A stretch of DNA of 63,036 nt, filler included, from Reticulomyxa filosa (lineage: Eukaryota > Protista > Foraminifera), in NCBI GenBank assembly GCA_000512085.1. It is 24 parts of 24 records of this genome, joined end to end, with 100 filler letters (N's around TTAATTAATTAA, not from the genome) between each part and the next. Parts side by side here need not be neighbours in the genome. Positions count along the whole stretch, not along the records: positions 22,034 to 24,766 come from ASPP01035268.1; positions 24,867 to 26,177 come from ASPP01028373.1; positions 26,278 to 28,190 come from ASPP01008286.1; positions 28,291 to 31,199 come from ASPP01008563.1; positions 31,300 to 32,457 come from ASPP01026157.1; positions 32,558 to 34,347 come from ASPP01022000.1; 18 more parts are not named here. One strand, given 5' to 3'. The position numbers and the translations under genes were made by a program. Below, in pieces: positions 22,340-34,447 of this stretch; the stretch's first letter is position 1, and each line of letters opens with the position of its first letter. The notes under the pieces were generated by a model, which was given only the letters and a program-made list of their open reading frames with translations, was not told the origin of the DNA and ran no database searches.

Positions 22340-24640
22340 GTTAATTGAAGGAAGTATAAGGAAAGGAGATTTTATCATGGGGTTATGTATGGAGGGAACA
22401 GATCATATCGATGATATAAAAATAATACATCAACTATCATATTACATAGCATTAACAAGCGAGATAAAACCAAGCAATGGAATGTGTATGATAATAGATA
22501 GTACACAAGAACACAAAGTTAAGTTAAACAAGTATGCATCGATTTTATAAGTACGGCGATCTTTGAGGATATACCTATGGTGGTAATTTTCGTATATATC
22601 CCCCCCGATGGATAAAATCAATGCAGGACATACAAAACGTAGTAAATGTCTTTCAGAGCCTACGATATGCAATACTACTGATGGGAGACATGAATGCAAG
22701 AACCAAGTATACGGGGGACAAAGTGAATAATCAAAATGGAAATCGATTAATGGAACGGTGTCAAAGAAATGCGCTACTAATATTAAACATAGAGAACTGC
22801 AAAGGGCAAAGAACTTTTCATGCAAACAAGACAGAGGCAAAAATATTCTCGATTGTTGACTATGCGATAGTCAATATTCACGAATTCTGGGAAGAATCAC
22901 GAATAAAAATGGAAGTGTTAAAACAGCATGTGGCATCGGACCATTACCCAATAATGTGCACATTTGAACAAGGAAAAACTGGAAATACAAGATCAATGAG
23001 ACTACATGCACCATACCACTGCAGGGTAAGTAACGAGACAAAACGGATCCAAAGGGCAGCTAAAGCATTCGTGGAGATAATGGAAACAAAGCGGAAGGAG
23101 AATATGGATGGTATAACGGTAAAAGAGAGGTACAATATAATAATGGAGGAACTGTACAAAACATTAATTGATAGGAAAGTGATAACATTCAGAAAGAACC
23201 CTACAGAATTGGCAGGAAATCGAAGGCCAGAGACTGAAGAGCTCCATAACATATTGGAAGAAATAAATAAAAAGATACAGATGAACGAGCATGGATCCGA
23301 GCGTGTAAATGATTTAATAGAAAAGTACCAAAATGAGCAACAAAAACAAAGCCAAAAGGAGATAGAAAGGTTATTGAATAAAATACAAGAGCAACACAAA
23401 AAGAGGAATGACTTTGAGGTATATAAAAGAATCAGACTGGAGGATAAAGGAGAATGGTTCCCGGTGTACGATGAGGGAGAAATAGTAGTCCAGCAAAGCG
23501 AAAAGATTAAAGTGATATCAAAGTATTACGAAAAATTATACAGTGAGGATGAAGATATTGAAGAAGAATTGCATAGTAAAATTAAGGAAAGATATGCAGA
23601 AGTCATGGTCACCACAGGAGAAGACAAAAGCAACTATAAAATTACCACGGAAGAAGGAATGATAGCAGCACAAAAGCTTAAATCGTACAAAGCGACTTTT
23701 TTGGATTGCATATCAAACGAGGTGGTTAAGGCAATAGTACATGAGGAACCAAGAATTCTACAAAAGTACATAAACATGATACTGGAAAATCCACATGAAA
23801 TACATAAAAGGATGTTAGCATCTAAGTTAACAATTACCACCAAGAAAATGAACCCAACATCGCCAGAGGAAACCAGAGGAATAAGGGTGAAATCAGCAAT
23901 ACTAACACTGGTGGATAAGATAATATTAGAAAGAATAACCCACACGGTGGAACTAGCGCTAAGTGATGAACAAGGTGGATTCAGGAAAGGAAGATGAACG
24001 ACAAAACACCTGATCATGCTAAGAATGATATTATATCATGCAAAGCATATATCCAAAAAACAAACATATATAGTGAATGTGGATTTCAAGAAAGCATTCG
24101 ATTCGGTGTGGCATGAAGGGCTCATAGTTAAATTGGAAGAGATATGAATAAGATGGAAAATCCTTGGACTAATAAACTGCCTACTAAGAGAGGATAGTGT
24201 GATACCAGATATAGATGGATACTATGGTGGGCCGATCCTGGTCAAGAAGGGAAATGGACAGTGATATTCAACGAGTGGACCGCTGTTTAATGTTTATGTG
24301 GATGACTTGATCAAAGAGGTAAATAATACATCAAAATATCATGACATGTATGGAGAAGCGACACCAAAATGCCTTATGTACACAGATGATTTGATCACGT
24401 GAGCAGATTCTGGTGAGGAAGTCGACATGATATTTACCAAAATAGAATAATACTGCAATAAATGGAAGCTTCAATTGAATTTGCAGAAAAGTACTATAAC
24501 CAGGATTGAAAAAAGGAAGGACAATACAGGTAACATTAAAAATAGAATAAAGAGGTAACGGAATTTAAATACCTAGGAGTACTAATAGATGTGAAAACTG
24601 GAAGCTGGAACAAATAAGTAAACTAAATAATTAAGACGCT
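22340..24640 (+). mobile_element. Decayed non-LTR retrotransposon ORF2 (APE endonuclease plus reverse transcriptase)
   Basis: Endonuclease motifs VYIPP, MGDMNA, TF, IVDY, SDHYPI. RT motifs EQGGFRKGR, DFKKAFDSV, GNGQ*..S.PLFNVYVDDL, YTDD, WKLQLN..KS, FKYLGV. Stops at 23995, 24145, 24262, 24400 and 24448, and a frameshift near 24548. Confidence 0.93.
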
Positions 24641-24939
24641 ATCTCTCTATCATACTTTCACGATTCATGTTCAAAAACTTGACAATGTCTGTGCATCATG
24701 TTCGTCCAGATCCGCAACTTCGCCAAGCATCTTCCAAGATGCACTTGTATCTTTCAGCAAATTCTCNNNNNNNNNNNNNNNNNNNNNNNNNNNNNNNNNN
24801 NNNNNNNNNNTTAATTAATTAANNNNNNNNNNNNNNNNNNNNNNNNNNNNNNNNNNNNNNNNNNNNAAAAAAAAAAGATATTACTAATAAAAAAACAAAT
24901 CTCCTCAAATATCTTCATTGCAAATAAATTGAAAAAGAC

Positions 24940-25731
24940 ACGAGTTGTTACATACCCACTCGTTGCCAACGCAATTCAACCATTTGACACAGTCACATGA
25001 GACTATCCCAGTTACAAACGGATTAATGCAGTCAAAGTTAGTGCAAACGCGATACCATTCTCTCGATTTGTTAAACAAAAGTACAGCTTCTCCGGCAGAA
25101 GTGGGAAATCAGAGTCAGTTCCCAAAGATAGAAGGCGAAATAACGATGAATACAATCAAAACTAAAGAGATAAAAGAAGACGATGCAGAAGGCGTTTCCA
25201 AAACGGAAAGTCAAGCGCATTATGGCCACAACAAGACCACTCCTACAAATGGAGAGGATGCCAATGGATGCAACAATATGGAAGGAGGTAATGAGCCATG
25301 TTATGAGCCAAGTCCCAATTTTTTGGAGCACGTGGCAGAAATGACAGATGAAAAGACAATAGCAAAAATTCAAGAGCAGTACCAACTTTCAAAACGGGAA
25401 GTTCTGACACCAAATGGACATGTTAAATCTAATACCTAATACCGATGGCGCTCTTTTCAGTCTTATTTCACCAACTGCACTGACAACGGAAAATTCGCAG
25501 GTATTTACTTTTAACAAATTAACTCAGTCTATTCAACAATCACCCACACCCAATCGACATGTTCATCCCAGCGTACCCCAACAAAGAATAAAACCTCCTG
25601 TCACAAGGAGAAACACATGGGGAGGACACAATTCGAGTATGATAAATCATTTCAATCCATCACAACAGTCCCCACTCCTCCAAAACTCGACCCAGCCTGG
25701 CAGTATGCCTTTTTATTCTTATTTTGGTTGA
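24940..25731 (+). CDS. Low-complexity hypothetical protein C-terminal exon, disrupted by a 7-bp duplication
   Basis: ORFs 24945-25439 and 25414-25731 merge into one frame if one copy of TAATACC (25430-25443) is removed. Confidence 0.5.
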
Positions 25732-26277
25732 AAGACATGACAATTGTCCCACATTTAACAAAGCGAATACATAAGAAAAATAATTACTTTAAAAAAAAAG
25801 CATTTATTTTATGCTTTTTTCAAATCTGTAACTCTTTTATAAAAACGAGTCTTTTTTTTTTGCGTATTTTATATTTTTTCCTTCCCAAATAAAAAAAAAA
25901 ATAGTATAGAATTTGTGCAGACACAATTTAACACATATGATAGTTGTACTTATTCTTCAATATCTTATACGTTTTGTGTGTGTATGTGTGTCATCTTTCT
26001 AATTTTTATTTTTTAAATTTTTTTTTACGTTTCTTGGTTTGTTGGTTACTTGTCGTCTTGTTTATTTTATTTTATTTTTTTGTTTGTCACCTTACTGACA
26101 AGTGATATTCTATGCGCGTTTCTTTTTTTTTCAAGTATACAAGTTGATCTTTTTCTGGCCACTAAAAACCGGTCTGCNNNNNNNNNNNNNNNNNNNNNNN
26201 NNNNNNNNNNNNNNNNNNNNNTTAATTAATTAANNNNNNNNNNNNNNNNNNNNNNNNNNNNNNNNNNNNNNNNNNNN

Positions 26278-26358
26278 TGAAGTTGGTTGAGGAGTTTTAG
26301 CCCACTGGGACTCCCAGGTTCCCTCAACGTTCAGATAGTTATAGGGCCTTGCCCTACA
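26278..26358. mobile_element. Right end of a longer relative of the 14754-14796 element (contig starts inside it)
   Basis: Ends ATAGGGCCTTGCCCTACA. GC-rich with nested hairpins GTTGAGG/CCTCAAC, CTGGGA/TCCCAG and TAGGGC/GCCCTA, then drops abruptly to AT-rich DNA. Confidence 0.5.
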
Positions 26359-27398
26359 ATTTGATCAAATGAACAGTAATTTTTTAACAAACTTTAGACA
26401 ATATCGGGCATATTGTAAGTACAAATAAAGGCAAAAATGACAACATTAAATGAAATATATGTTAGTTAATTATGAAAATTAACAAAAAAATATTATGATA
26501 AAAAAATTTGAATGTATAGTAAATATATTTATAAAGCATTGACCGATACAAAGCGATTTAACAAAATTGTTTAAATGTCGAATCGCAAAATTGCTGTTGT
26601 GATTATTGCAAACCTTTATAGAGGATAAACAAATATTAGACAATCTAGATTTTGCTCGATATGCGAACTGCAATCACAAGTCATTTATTTGCAAGTGATA
26701 TTTAGAATGATATCGGATAAGCTGTTGATCAGTTCACTAAAGTAAATATCTTCGATATTAAGGGTACAAGCTAGCATATAGTTATCACTTTGACATGTTA
26801 AATATAGCTAGTATACAAACAAAGTCTATTTTCATTTTTTTTCATTTACAACTTGAAAAAACATAATAAGCTGCACTAAGTACAGTACAAATAGTTTTTT
26901 TTTATTGGAATCTTTAGCGAGTGATTCTCAAAAATTAAGCCAACTGAAGAAAAGATCTTAAGAATGAACAAAGTAAATACAATAAGATGATATATGTAGA
27001 ATTCAAAAGTAAGGTCTTAGTTGAAAAAGGGATCATCATAGTTCAACATGAACTTCTATTTTTTTAAACAAGGAAAAAATATTTTTGAAACATATGATAG
27101 TAAAGAGGCAGAGTTGTTCAGAGTAAAGTCACCACAATTTTGTTTGTGCTATCAAGCATATATAGCAGAAATGAAATATAAATTGAACTAGTTTAAAAGT
27201 GTGAATGGCGCAAAAAGAGATAGAGAGAGAAAAACAAACAAAAAAACAACAGATAACAAATAGACAAATATGAAAAACCAAAATTACAAACAAAACAGCA
27301 TACATATGACCTCAGAGCAAAAGAAAAAAAGCAGTGTACATTTAAAACAATGAAGCCAGCAAATAGAAAACATGTGTTACTTATGTTTAATACAATGT

Positions 27399-27960
27399 TT
27401 ATTTTTCTTCTTGGCGAATACCATTCAATTGATCAGAAGCAACTCTTCTGTTTTTTTTCGGGTCCAGCTTTTGTTTGGAGAGTTGTGAGGATGATTTACT
27501 CGCTTCTTTGGACACAGCAAGGTTGTCATATTTTTTGATTTTGTTGGCCTGAGCAATTGGACGAGGAGACATAGGATCAGTGGAAAGTGTAGTAGTGGAC
27601 ACCGAAGGTTGCAAAGGATGTTTTTGTTCGGAAGGCTGTTGGGCAAGAGTTTTGCGTTTTAATTTTGTGAGTTGTGAAATGGTGTCTAGCCATTCGCTTT
27701 TTTCTACTTCGTTGTCGGCGCGGAAGCACCACGTTCTCTCTCTTGTGGACACATGGAATTCATGATGAGACGCCAGTTTGACCAGGCGATACGTCGTGCT
27801 CAAATCCACACTGCCCTTTGCCAAGTCTTGCTTGTCTTTTTGCTTGAAATAATACATTTGTCCATCCGCATACAATACAAAGTATCGTCGTCTCCAAGTC
27901 TTTATTGAGCCTCCTTGTTTTGTCATGTAGCCTTCTTTTATCTTTTCGCTTTTCAAAACT
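27399..27960 (-). CDS. PH-domain protein, last exon
   Basis: Canonical PH domain [60 protein letters not shown], preceded by an (AT)n-rich intron. Confidence 0.88.
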
Positions 27961-28290
27961 CCTTTCGAAAAAAGACGATCTCGAGGATCATCACTCTTTT
28001 TTTTTTTTCATGTTCACCCCCCCCACTGCACACATGCACACAGATACGTGTATATACACACGTATACACTTCATACACATTATATATGTACATATATGTA
28101 TGTACGTATATATATGTACATATATATATATATATATATGTATATACGCTCATACATATATACACCTCCCCCCCCCCCTCTTTTCACAATNNNNNNNNNN
28201 NNNNNNNNNNNNNNNNNNNNNNNNNNNNNNNNNNTTAATTAATTAANNNNNNNNNNNNNNNNNNNNNNNNNNNNNNNNNNNNNNNNNNNN

Positions 28291-28330
<40 letters not shown>

Positions 28331-28337
28331 AATAAAC

Positions 28338-28973
28338 TTGCGTCAATTCTTGTTGTAGTTTTTGCATCGTTAGATTGTTTTTCATTTCATTGTTTTTGTA
28401 ATTGTTGATTTGTGATCGCAACTCGTAGCTCTCTTGGTCATAGCGATTCATTTCGTTGCGCAATGTCGCATTGTCGTTTTGTAATTTTTTCATCACTTCA
28501 ATATTTATGGATGAGGGCGTTGCTGTTGTCGCTGTGGTAGTAGCAGTGGTGGTGGAGGAGGATGATGAAACAGTTGAGGGAGAGGAGGAAATTTCGTGCG
28601 GCTTCGATTTCAATTGTTCCTGCCCTCTAGGATTGGACACCATTCTTTGATGTGGCTCTTCCGCTCTATTGCGCTCGTGATCCCTCATCGGCTCTGTGCT
28701 TTTCATATTTTGACTGTTGCTCTTTTGCCATTTTCGCAATTGCTCCAACCCCTTTTGGCGTAGGCTTTCTGCTTCCTTCAGATATTGACTGTATTGCGTG
28801 TGAAGCTGCTTCAGCTCATCTCGCGCCAACGATGGATTTGGGGCCGGTGGTAATGTTTTCGTATAATCTTCAATCTCTTTTAATCTTTGTTGCAATTTCG
28901 ACACGCCATCTATTGGTTGTAAACCACTCCATGCTTGTGCTGCTTGAGTTTGAAAATTTTGGTCCATATTCAT
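28338..28973 (-). CDS. Coiled-coil hypothetical protein, probable first exon (divergent from the C2 gene)
   Basis: ORF of >200 codons with heptad-rich segments and an S/T tract, ending at a likely CAA|GTTTAT donor before poly-A at the contig edge. Confidence 0.6.
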
Positions 28974-29762
28974 ATAGACCGAGCCTTCTTTTTTTCACTG
29001 CGGAAAGGGGGAAAGAGCAGATATACAAGCCCAACTTATATTAAACTTGGGATATTTTTTATCAAAGTTATTTGTTTTGAGTGATATCTTTTCTTTATGC
29101 TTTAAGCAGCGTTTATAAGGATAAACAAAATAACTATTAAATATAACGCCTTAAAAAATATCTTTCTTCTTTCTTCTTATGTTTCGATACATTCGCAAAA
29201 CGCTTCTAAATTTACTGCGAACAAGTGAAAGACTTTACTTTTATTCTTTAATTCTTGTGTGAATTATAACAATTATTTCTATTTTCAACAATATTTGCTA
29301 TTTTAATATATTATTGCCATAATAAATGATATTATTTTATCTATTCATCATAATGCAGCTAAAACTATCATCACGTTTGCTTCCTAATGTATGAAATTTT
29401 TAAAGAGGTTAAATAAAAAAATTCAACTAAAAACAAAAAATATTACAATTTGTATTTAACAAAGTTTTAAAAAATTCAACTTGTGGCGTTATTTTTTGCT
29501 TAGTAAGCAAACCACAATAAAATCATTTTTTAGTACAGTTTTAAAAAACAAATATATTATCAATTTTACATTTGTAATTATAAAAATATGCAATGGAACA
29601 ACTGAAGAGTATTAAATCAAAACCAGAAAAGAGTACAGCACAACGGCAAATGTCTCAAATTTTGAAAGACAATGCTTAAATACAGAAGTGTATCTCTTCA
29701 AGAGACCCTCTTAAATTTTTGTAACCTGCTCCAAAAAAAATAAATAAAGCAATTTATTGAAG

Positions 29763-31147
29763 ATGGCAGAAGAACCAAAAGTGTTAGTTCTTTACGTATT
29801 AACATTAAAACTTATAAACGGGAAAGATTTGCCCGTAGCTGATATGGTACAGTTTTTGTTTTCGGCTAAACTCGCCCTCTCGTATTGAACTTTTTTTTGA
29901 CATATGGGGTCTGTTGAATGGAATGCAGCAAGATACAAACAATAAAAACAAAAGAATGGATTAAGTGATCCATATGTAATTACAAAGATTCTTAGCGATC
30001 AGTGGACAAGCAAAATAATTTACAAAACGTTGAATCCAGAATGGAACGAAACGAAGCTGTTTTGTTTTTTCAAAGCGCCACCTGAGATTGAATTTACAGT
30101 GATGGACAAAGTTAATGAATCTATTTCATATGCATAATAAACATATATACATATATATTCATATATGTGTATATAATATTAAATATATATATGTATATGT
30201 ATCCATGAATATTCAAATCCAAAAAAAAAAAAAAAAAAGGGATCAACATCTAAGAGACGACTTATTGGGTGTGGTGAAAGTGGATTGTTCGAGTCGTTTC
30301 AAAGAAATTTATGGCAAAGCAGAAATGTTGAAAGAGCGAGCTATAAAAGGGATAGCAGAAGAGGAGCAAAAAGAGGAGAACGTGTTGCATTATGAATTCA
30401 GTGACACATTGGCATTGAGAATACCAGGCAAAGAAGCCAAGGGTGTCATCAACATCCACCTCTCATGCCAAATCTTGTTTCCCTTGAACACGGAAGTGCG
30501 CTTAGCACGCATTTCACGCTCGTGCGACCAGCTCAACGCCAACATCCGGGATCTCGAACAGCAAATTCAAAACGCCACACAACAAAAGCGACAACACGAG
30601 ATATCTCTTCAAGATCTAGAAGAGCAGGTTTGATCCCATCCCTTGTCTCCGTTACACATGTGCGCTTTTACGCATATGCACACGTGTGCGTGATGTGTGT
30701 TTTTTTTTTTAAAATTAAAAAAAAAAAAAAAGGAAAAGAAATTGCAAGGCGACGTTGCCAATTTAGAAAACGAAAAGAAGAATCTCAACGCAAAAGTTTT
30801 GTATACATACACATACAAACACACATATATAAAATGTGTGTTTATGTATGACATTAAATATTGTAACAATTGGAAACACGGGGAATGGGTCGATGAACGA
30901 CCAAACGGCACTGTAGGTGGCAGAGACGAATAATGAGATCCACGAATTGAATGGAGAGATAAACGCATTGAATAGGAAGTTGGCACAGGCCAATAGTGAC
31001 AACAACCACGCGCAAAGCGAAAAAGAAAAAGCGCACGAAAATTTGCAACAAGCCAAAGTGCACTTGGCCGATCTCACGTCCAAGATAGAAACGTTGGATA
31101 AAGAAGCGACAGCATTATCGGATGAGAAACAACAACTCGAACATACC
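29763..31147 (+). CDS. C2-domain plus coiled-coil protein (3' truncated)
   Basis: LTLKLINGKDLPVADM|NGLSDPYV..TSKIIYKTLNPEWNE..FTVMDK|DQHLRDDLLG is a C2 domain retaining its Asp ligands. Introns 29847-29954, 30111-~30240 (1-nt homopolymer discrepancy), 30628-30732 and 30796-30916, then a donor at 31148. Confidence 0.88.
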
Positions 31148-31157
31148 GTTTTGACTT

Positions 31158-31199
<42 letters not shown>

Positions 31200-31339
31200 N
31201 NNNNNNNNNNNNNNNNNNNNNNNNNNNNNNNNNNNNNNNNNNNTTAATTAATTAANNNNNNNNNNNNNNNNNNNNNNNNNNNNNNNNNNNNNNNNNNNNG
31301 ACAGTGTTGGTATATTGCAATACATTATGATCTAGTAGC

Positions 31340-32130
31340 ATTTGCCACGAACTTGATGTTTTGCAAATCAATATGCAATGTCTACAATCAAAATCTTTTA
31401 AATTTAATTCCACACACTTCATTGGCGTATATTTATTCATAAAAAACAAAATTTCATTCTTGGGTATTCTTTTACACGTGCAAGCGCGGCTCTTAAGGCT
31501 TTTTAAAATCTCCTTTCTTTGTATCCTTCCCAAATTGCGCATAATGCCTTCAAAAAATTCTCCTTGTTGTTTCTTGAATAAAAAATGATAAAAATAGAGC
31601 ATAACAGTCCTTCCCAAAAGATTGTCTTTCCAGCAGAATTATGCACTGGAACCTAGATAATCTCTTAATTGAAGTAACACTTGTACAAGTTGAGCGGCTA
31701 TTTCTGGTGAGTATTCTTCAATGACAAAAGTACTTTTTTCTCAATGTCTTCCAATTCTTTGAAGTCGGATTTAAAATGCGATGCATTACTACACGATTCA
31801 TTTTGATCGCATCCAAGAGCCAATTTGATAATCCCACAAATGAAATATCTGGATTTTTAAATAAAGATCTTTCTTCCAATCCAAGTTCGTCCAATAATAA
31901 TATTGATTTAGTTTTGTCATTTTCTAAGTACTTAGCTTGTTTCCATCGTTTTTCAATTCCAAATGGTTTGCTATCTTGAGTACATTGAATGAAACAATAT
32001 GAAGAGGTCTAATTGGCATGTTTAAGTTTTTTTTAATCAATCTTTGTTGAAATTCATTGTGAGTTCAGTTAAGTTATTTTTGAGAATTTGAATTAATAAT
32101 GTTTTTGATGTCCCAGGATATTCAACAATA
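31340..32130 (-). pseudogene. RNF213-like AAA+ module pseudogene
   Basis: IVEYPGTSKTL (degenerate Walker A), SF/QCTQDS..GIEKRWKQA, LLLDELGLEE (Walker B), FVGLSNWLLDAIKMNRV, EGIMRNLG. Frameshifts and an apparent deletion after Walker B. Confidence 0.8.
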
Positions 32131-32699
32131 ATTATATAATTTTTTTTTGAATAAATAAATCAACAGAAACAATAAAAATGCAAAATTGGGTGTGGTTGTT
32201 ATTATACACACAAATAACATAAATAATATCTTTTTCAATATTTGAGTTTTTGCAACATCTTTTTTTATTGTTAAAGAAAGTTATGTAAGGTTTATGTCAA
32301 ATTTTAAAAAAACAAACCACAAATGATTCGCAAAGTTTCTCTATTTCGTCTGTTAATATCTTCAAAAATGGAATACGTTTTGTTGTTATCAAATTTGTAT
32401 ATTCTTCTCTATCTTGTTTGTGAAGTCGAAAATAATAACATATTCCCATAGCAATAANNNNNNNNNNNNNNNNNNNNNNNNNNNNNNNNNNNNNNNNNNN
32501 NTTAATTAATTAANNNNNNNNNNNNNNNNNNNNNNNNNNNNNNNNNNNNNNNNNNNNAATGTAAAAAGTAAGGTGAATGAAAAAACGGGTTTTTATTGAT
32601 GATAGAGATTCCAAAATGAATTTTTTGTTTGATATTCGGATTCTCCACGAAAAATTGCACTAGAAAATACTTTTTATTTTTTATAAATATGAAAAGCCT

Positions 32700-34347
32700 A
32701 TTAACATTTTTGTGTTGTTTGTGTTGCTTTGCCAACGCATCTGCCGGTTTCCAATTCACAATATATTGATGTATTTGTTGAAACGCCCGTCGAATTTTTT
32801 CAGACAAGCCTTTTTTCGTTTCACTTTTCTGTTTCTTCAAAGACTTGGTTTGTCTTTGTTCTCGAATTTTGCACTGTTTATTTCGTTGTTGTGCCCTTTT
32901 ATGCTTTTCCATCTCTTATTTTATCTTTTGCTGTTGGTGCTCTTTTTAGTATTGCAACAAAATACTCGTTTAAATCCCCTTTAGAATTGCCTCCTTTTTT
33001 TCTTACAATATCGCTTCTTTTGATTTTTTCACTTGATGTACCTTGCTTTTTAGCTCTTACAAAAACTTTATCTTTGTCGTTTTGAGTCTGATGGTTGTTC
33101 TTGTGTTTGTGCTTGTGGCTGTATCTCTAGTTATGTCTATGACTGTGGCTTTTGCTGTTCCAATGCAGATAACGATTTTTGTGTGTCACTGTCTGTAGTA
33201 ATACAGACCCTGCAACTTTTTCTGCTTCCTTTGGCACTTTGCTTTCGGGCACCAAATTAAGCTCTATTTATAAAGATATTGTCTCAGTAGAAACGCTTGC
33301 ATCCACGTTTGGATTGATGTTCGACTGTCACAATTGTAACTTCTGCTTTCTTTTCTTCTTTTTTTTCGTCTTTATATTCCTTTTCTCTTTTGCTTAGTAT
33401 GTAGAAGCATTGACTCGGGCAAAGTAAGCGAGTGATCGATAGCATTGTCCTCATGAGGTTGTTGCGGTTGAGACTCAGATAATTCATTTGGACTTTTCAC
33501 TTGAGTCTGAGCTTGAGCTTGAGCTTAAATTTGAGATTCTTTTTTTACTAATTTTATAGCCACTGTATCAACTTCTGCTTCTGCCTCAGTATCTGCACAA
33601 AATACTGACGTCAATGCATCTTCCAATGCAATGTCTGAAGCTGTGCCACACGAACCGAAGCCAGAACCAGTCAAGGATGATTGAATGACGACTTCGAGTT
33701 TGTCATCTTTGCTCAGTTTTTGGGAGCCCACTTGATTAAGTTGGAAAAACTCTTGATATTTCAGCTTGGAATACCCACAGGCTTCGCACGTGGCCGCCTC
33801 TAGGACATTGACCGTTTCGCAAATGGCACATGCTCATTGGTTACCATTGTCGTCGGCCGCAAACTGTCCGTCTCCTTGCCCTTGTCCAATTTCTCATCTT
33901 ACTCGTTGTGGTCGTTTCTGTTGTTGCTTGCACTTCCATTGATACTGCAGAGGATTTCAATGGCTCGCCAAATAACAAGGTGCTATCTGTCTTGTTTTTC
34001 GATTCACTGATTTGTCGTTCATTCCCAAAGATCCCTATGCTCTTGCTCGCTCCAAATAAAAACATAGCGTCGGTTAATGACTGCTGATAGTCCCAAGACG
34101 TGTTCACATTGTTTCCCAATGAAGGGAAAAGGGGTTGTTCCAGGCCGGACTGCTGATGTGCTTTCTTTGGCTCTTTTTTGCGATATTGAGGCTCACTTTC
34201 CCTTTTTTTGGGTACCTTTCTGTCGATATATTTGTTACTTTGCTCATTCAATTGTTGTTGTTGAAGGTCAATAAGTTTGGACTGAGATTGCAAAGTGGTA
34301 AACAACCCTTTCAATGGGTCGGCATACTGAAATGGTCCAACATTGCC
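32700..34347 (-). pseudogene. Disrupted gene with a RanBP2-type zinc finger and scattered FG motifs (nucleoporin-like)
   Basis: *ACAICETVNVLEAATCEACG fits W-x-C-x2-C-x3-N-x6-C-x2-C, with W mutated to TGA at 33834-33836. LFG/IFG/GFG motifs are present, and there are several frame breaks. Confidence 0.6.
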
Positions 34348-34447
34348 NNNNNNNNNNNNNNNNNNNNNNNNNNNNNNNNNNNNNNNNNNNNTTAATTAAT
34401 TAANNNNNNNNNNNNNNNNNNNNNNNNNNNNNNNNNNNNNNNNNNNN

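Noticed and set aside
23995-24560. Stop-codon reassignment (TGA=Gly or Trp)
   Set aside because: The same frame also has TAA stops, frameshifts and YTDD for YADD. TGA serves as a normal stop elsewhere (576, 16865).
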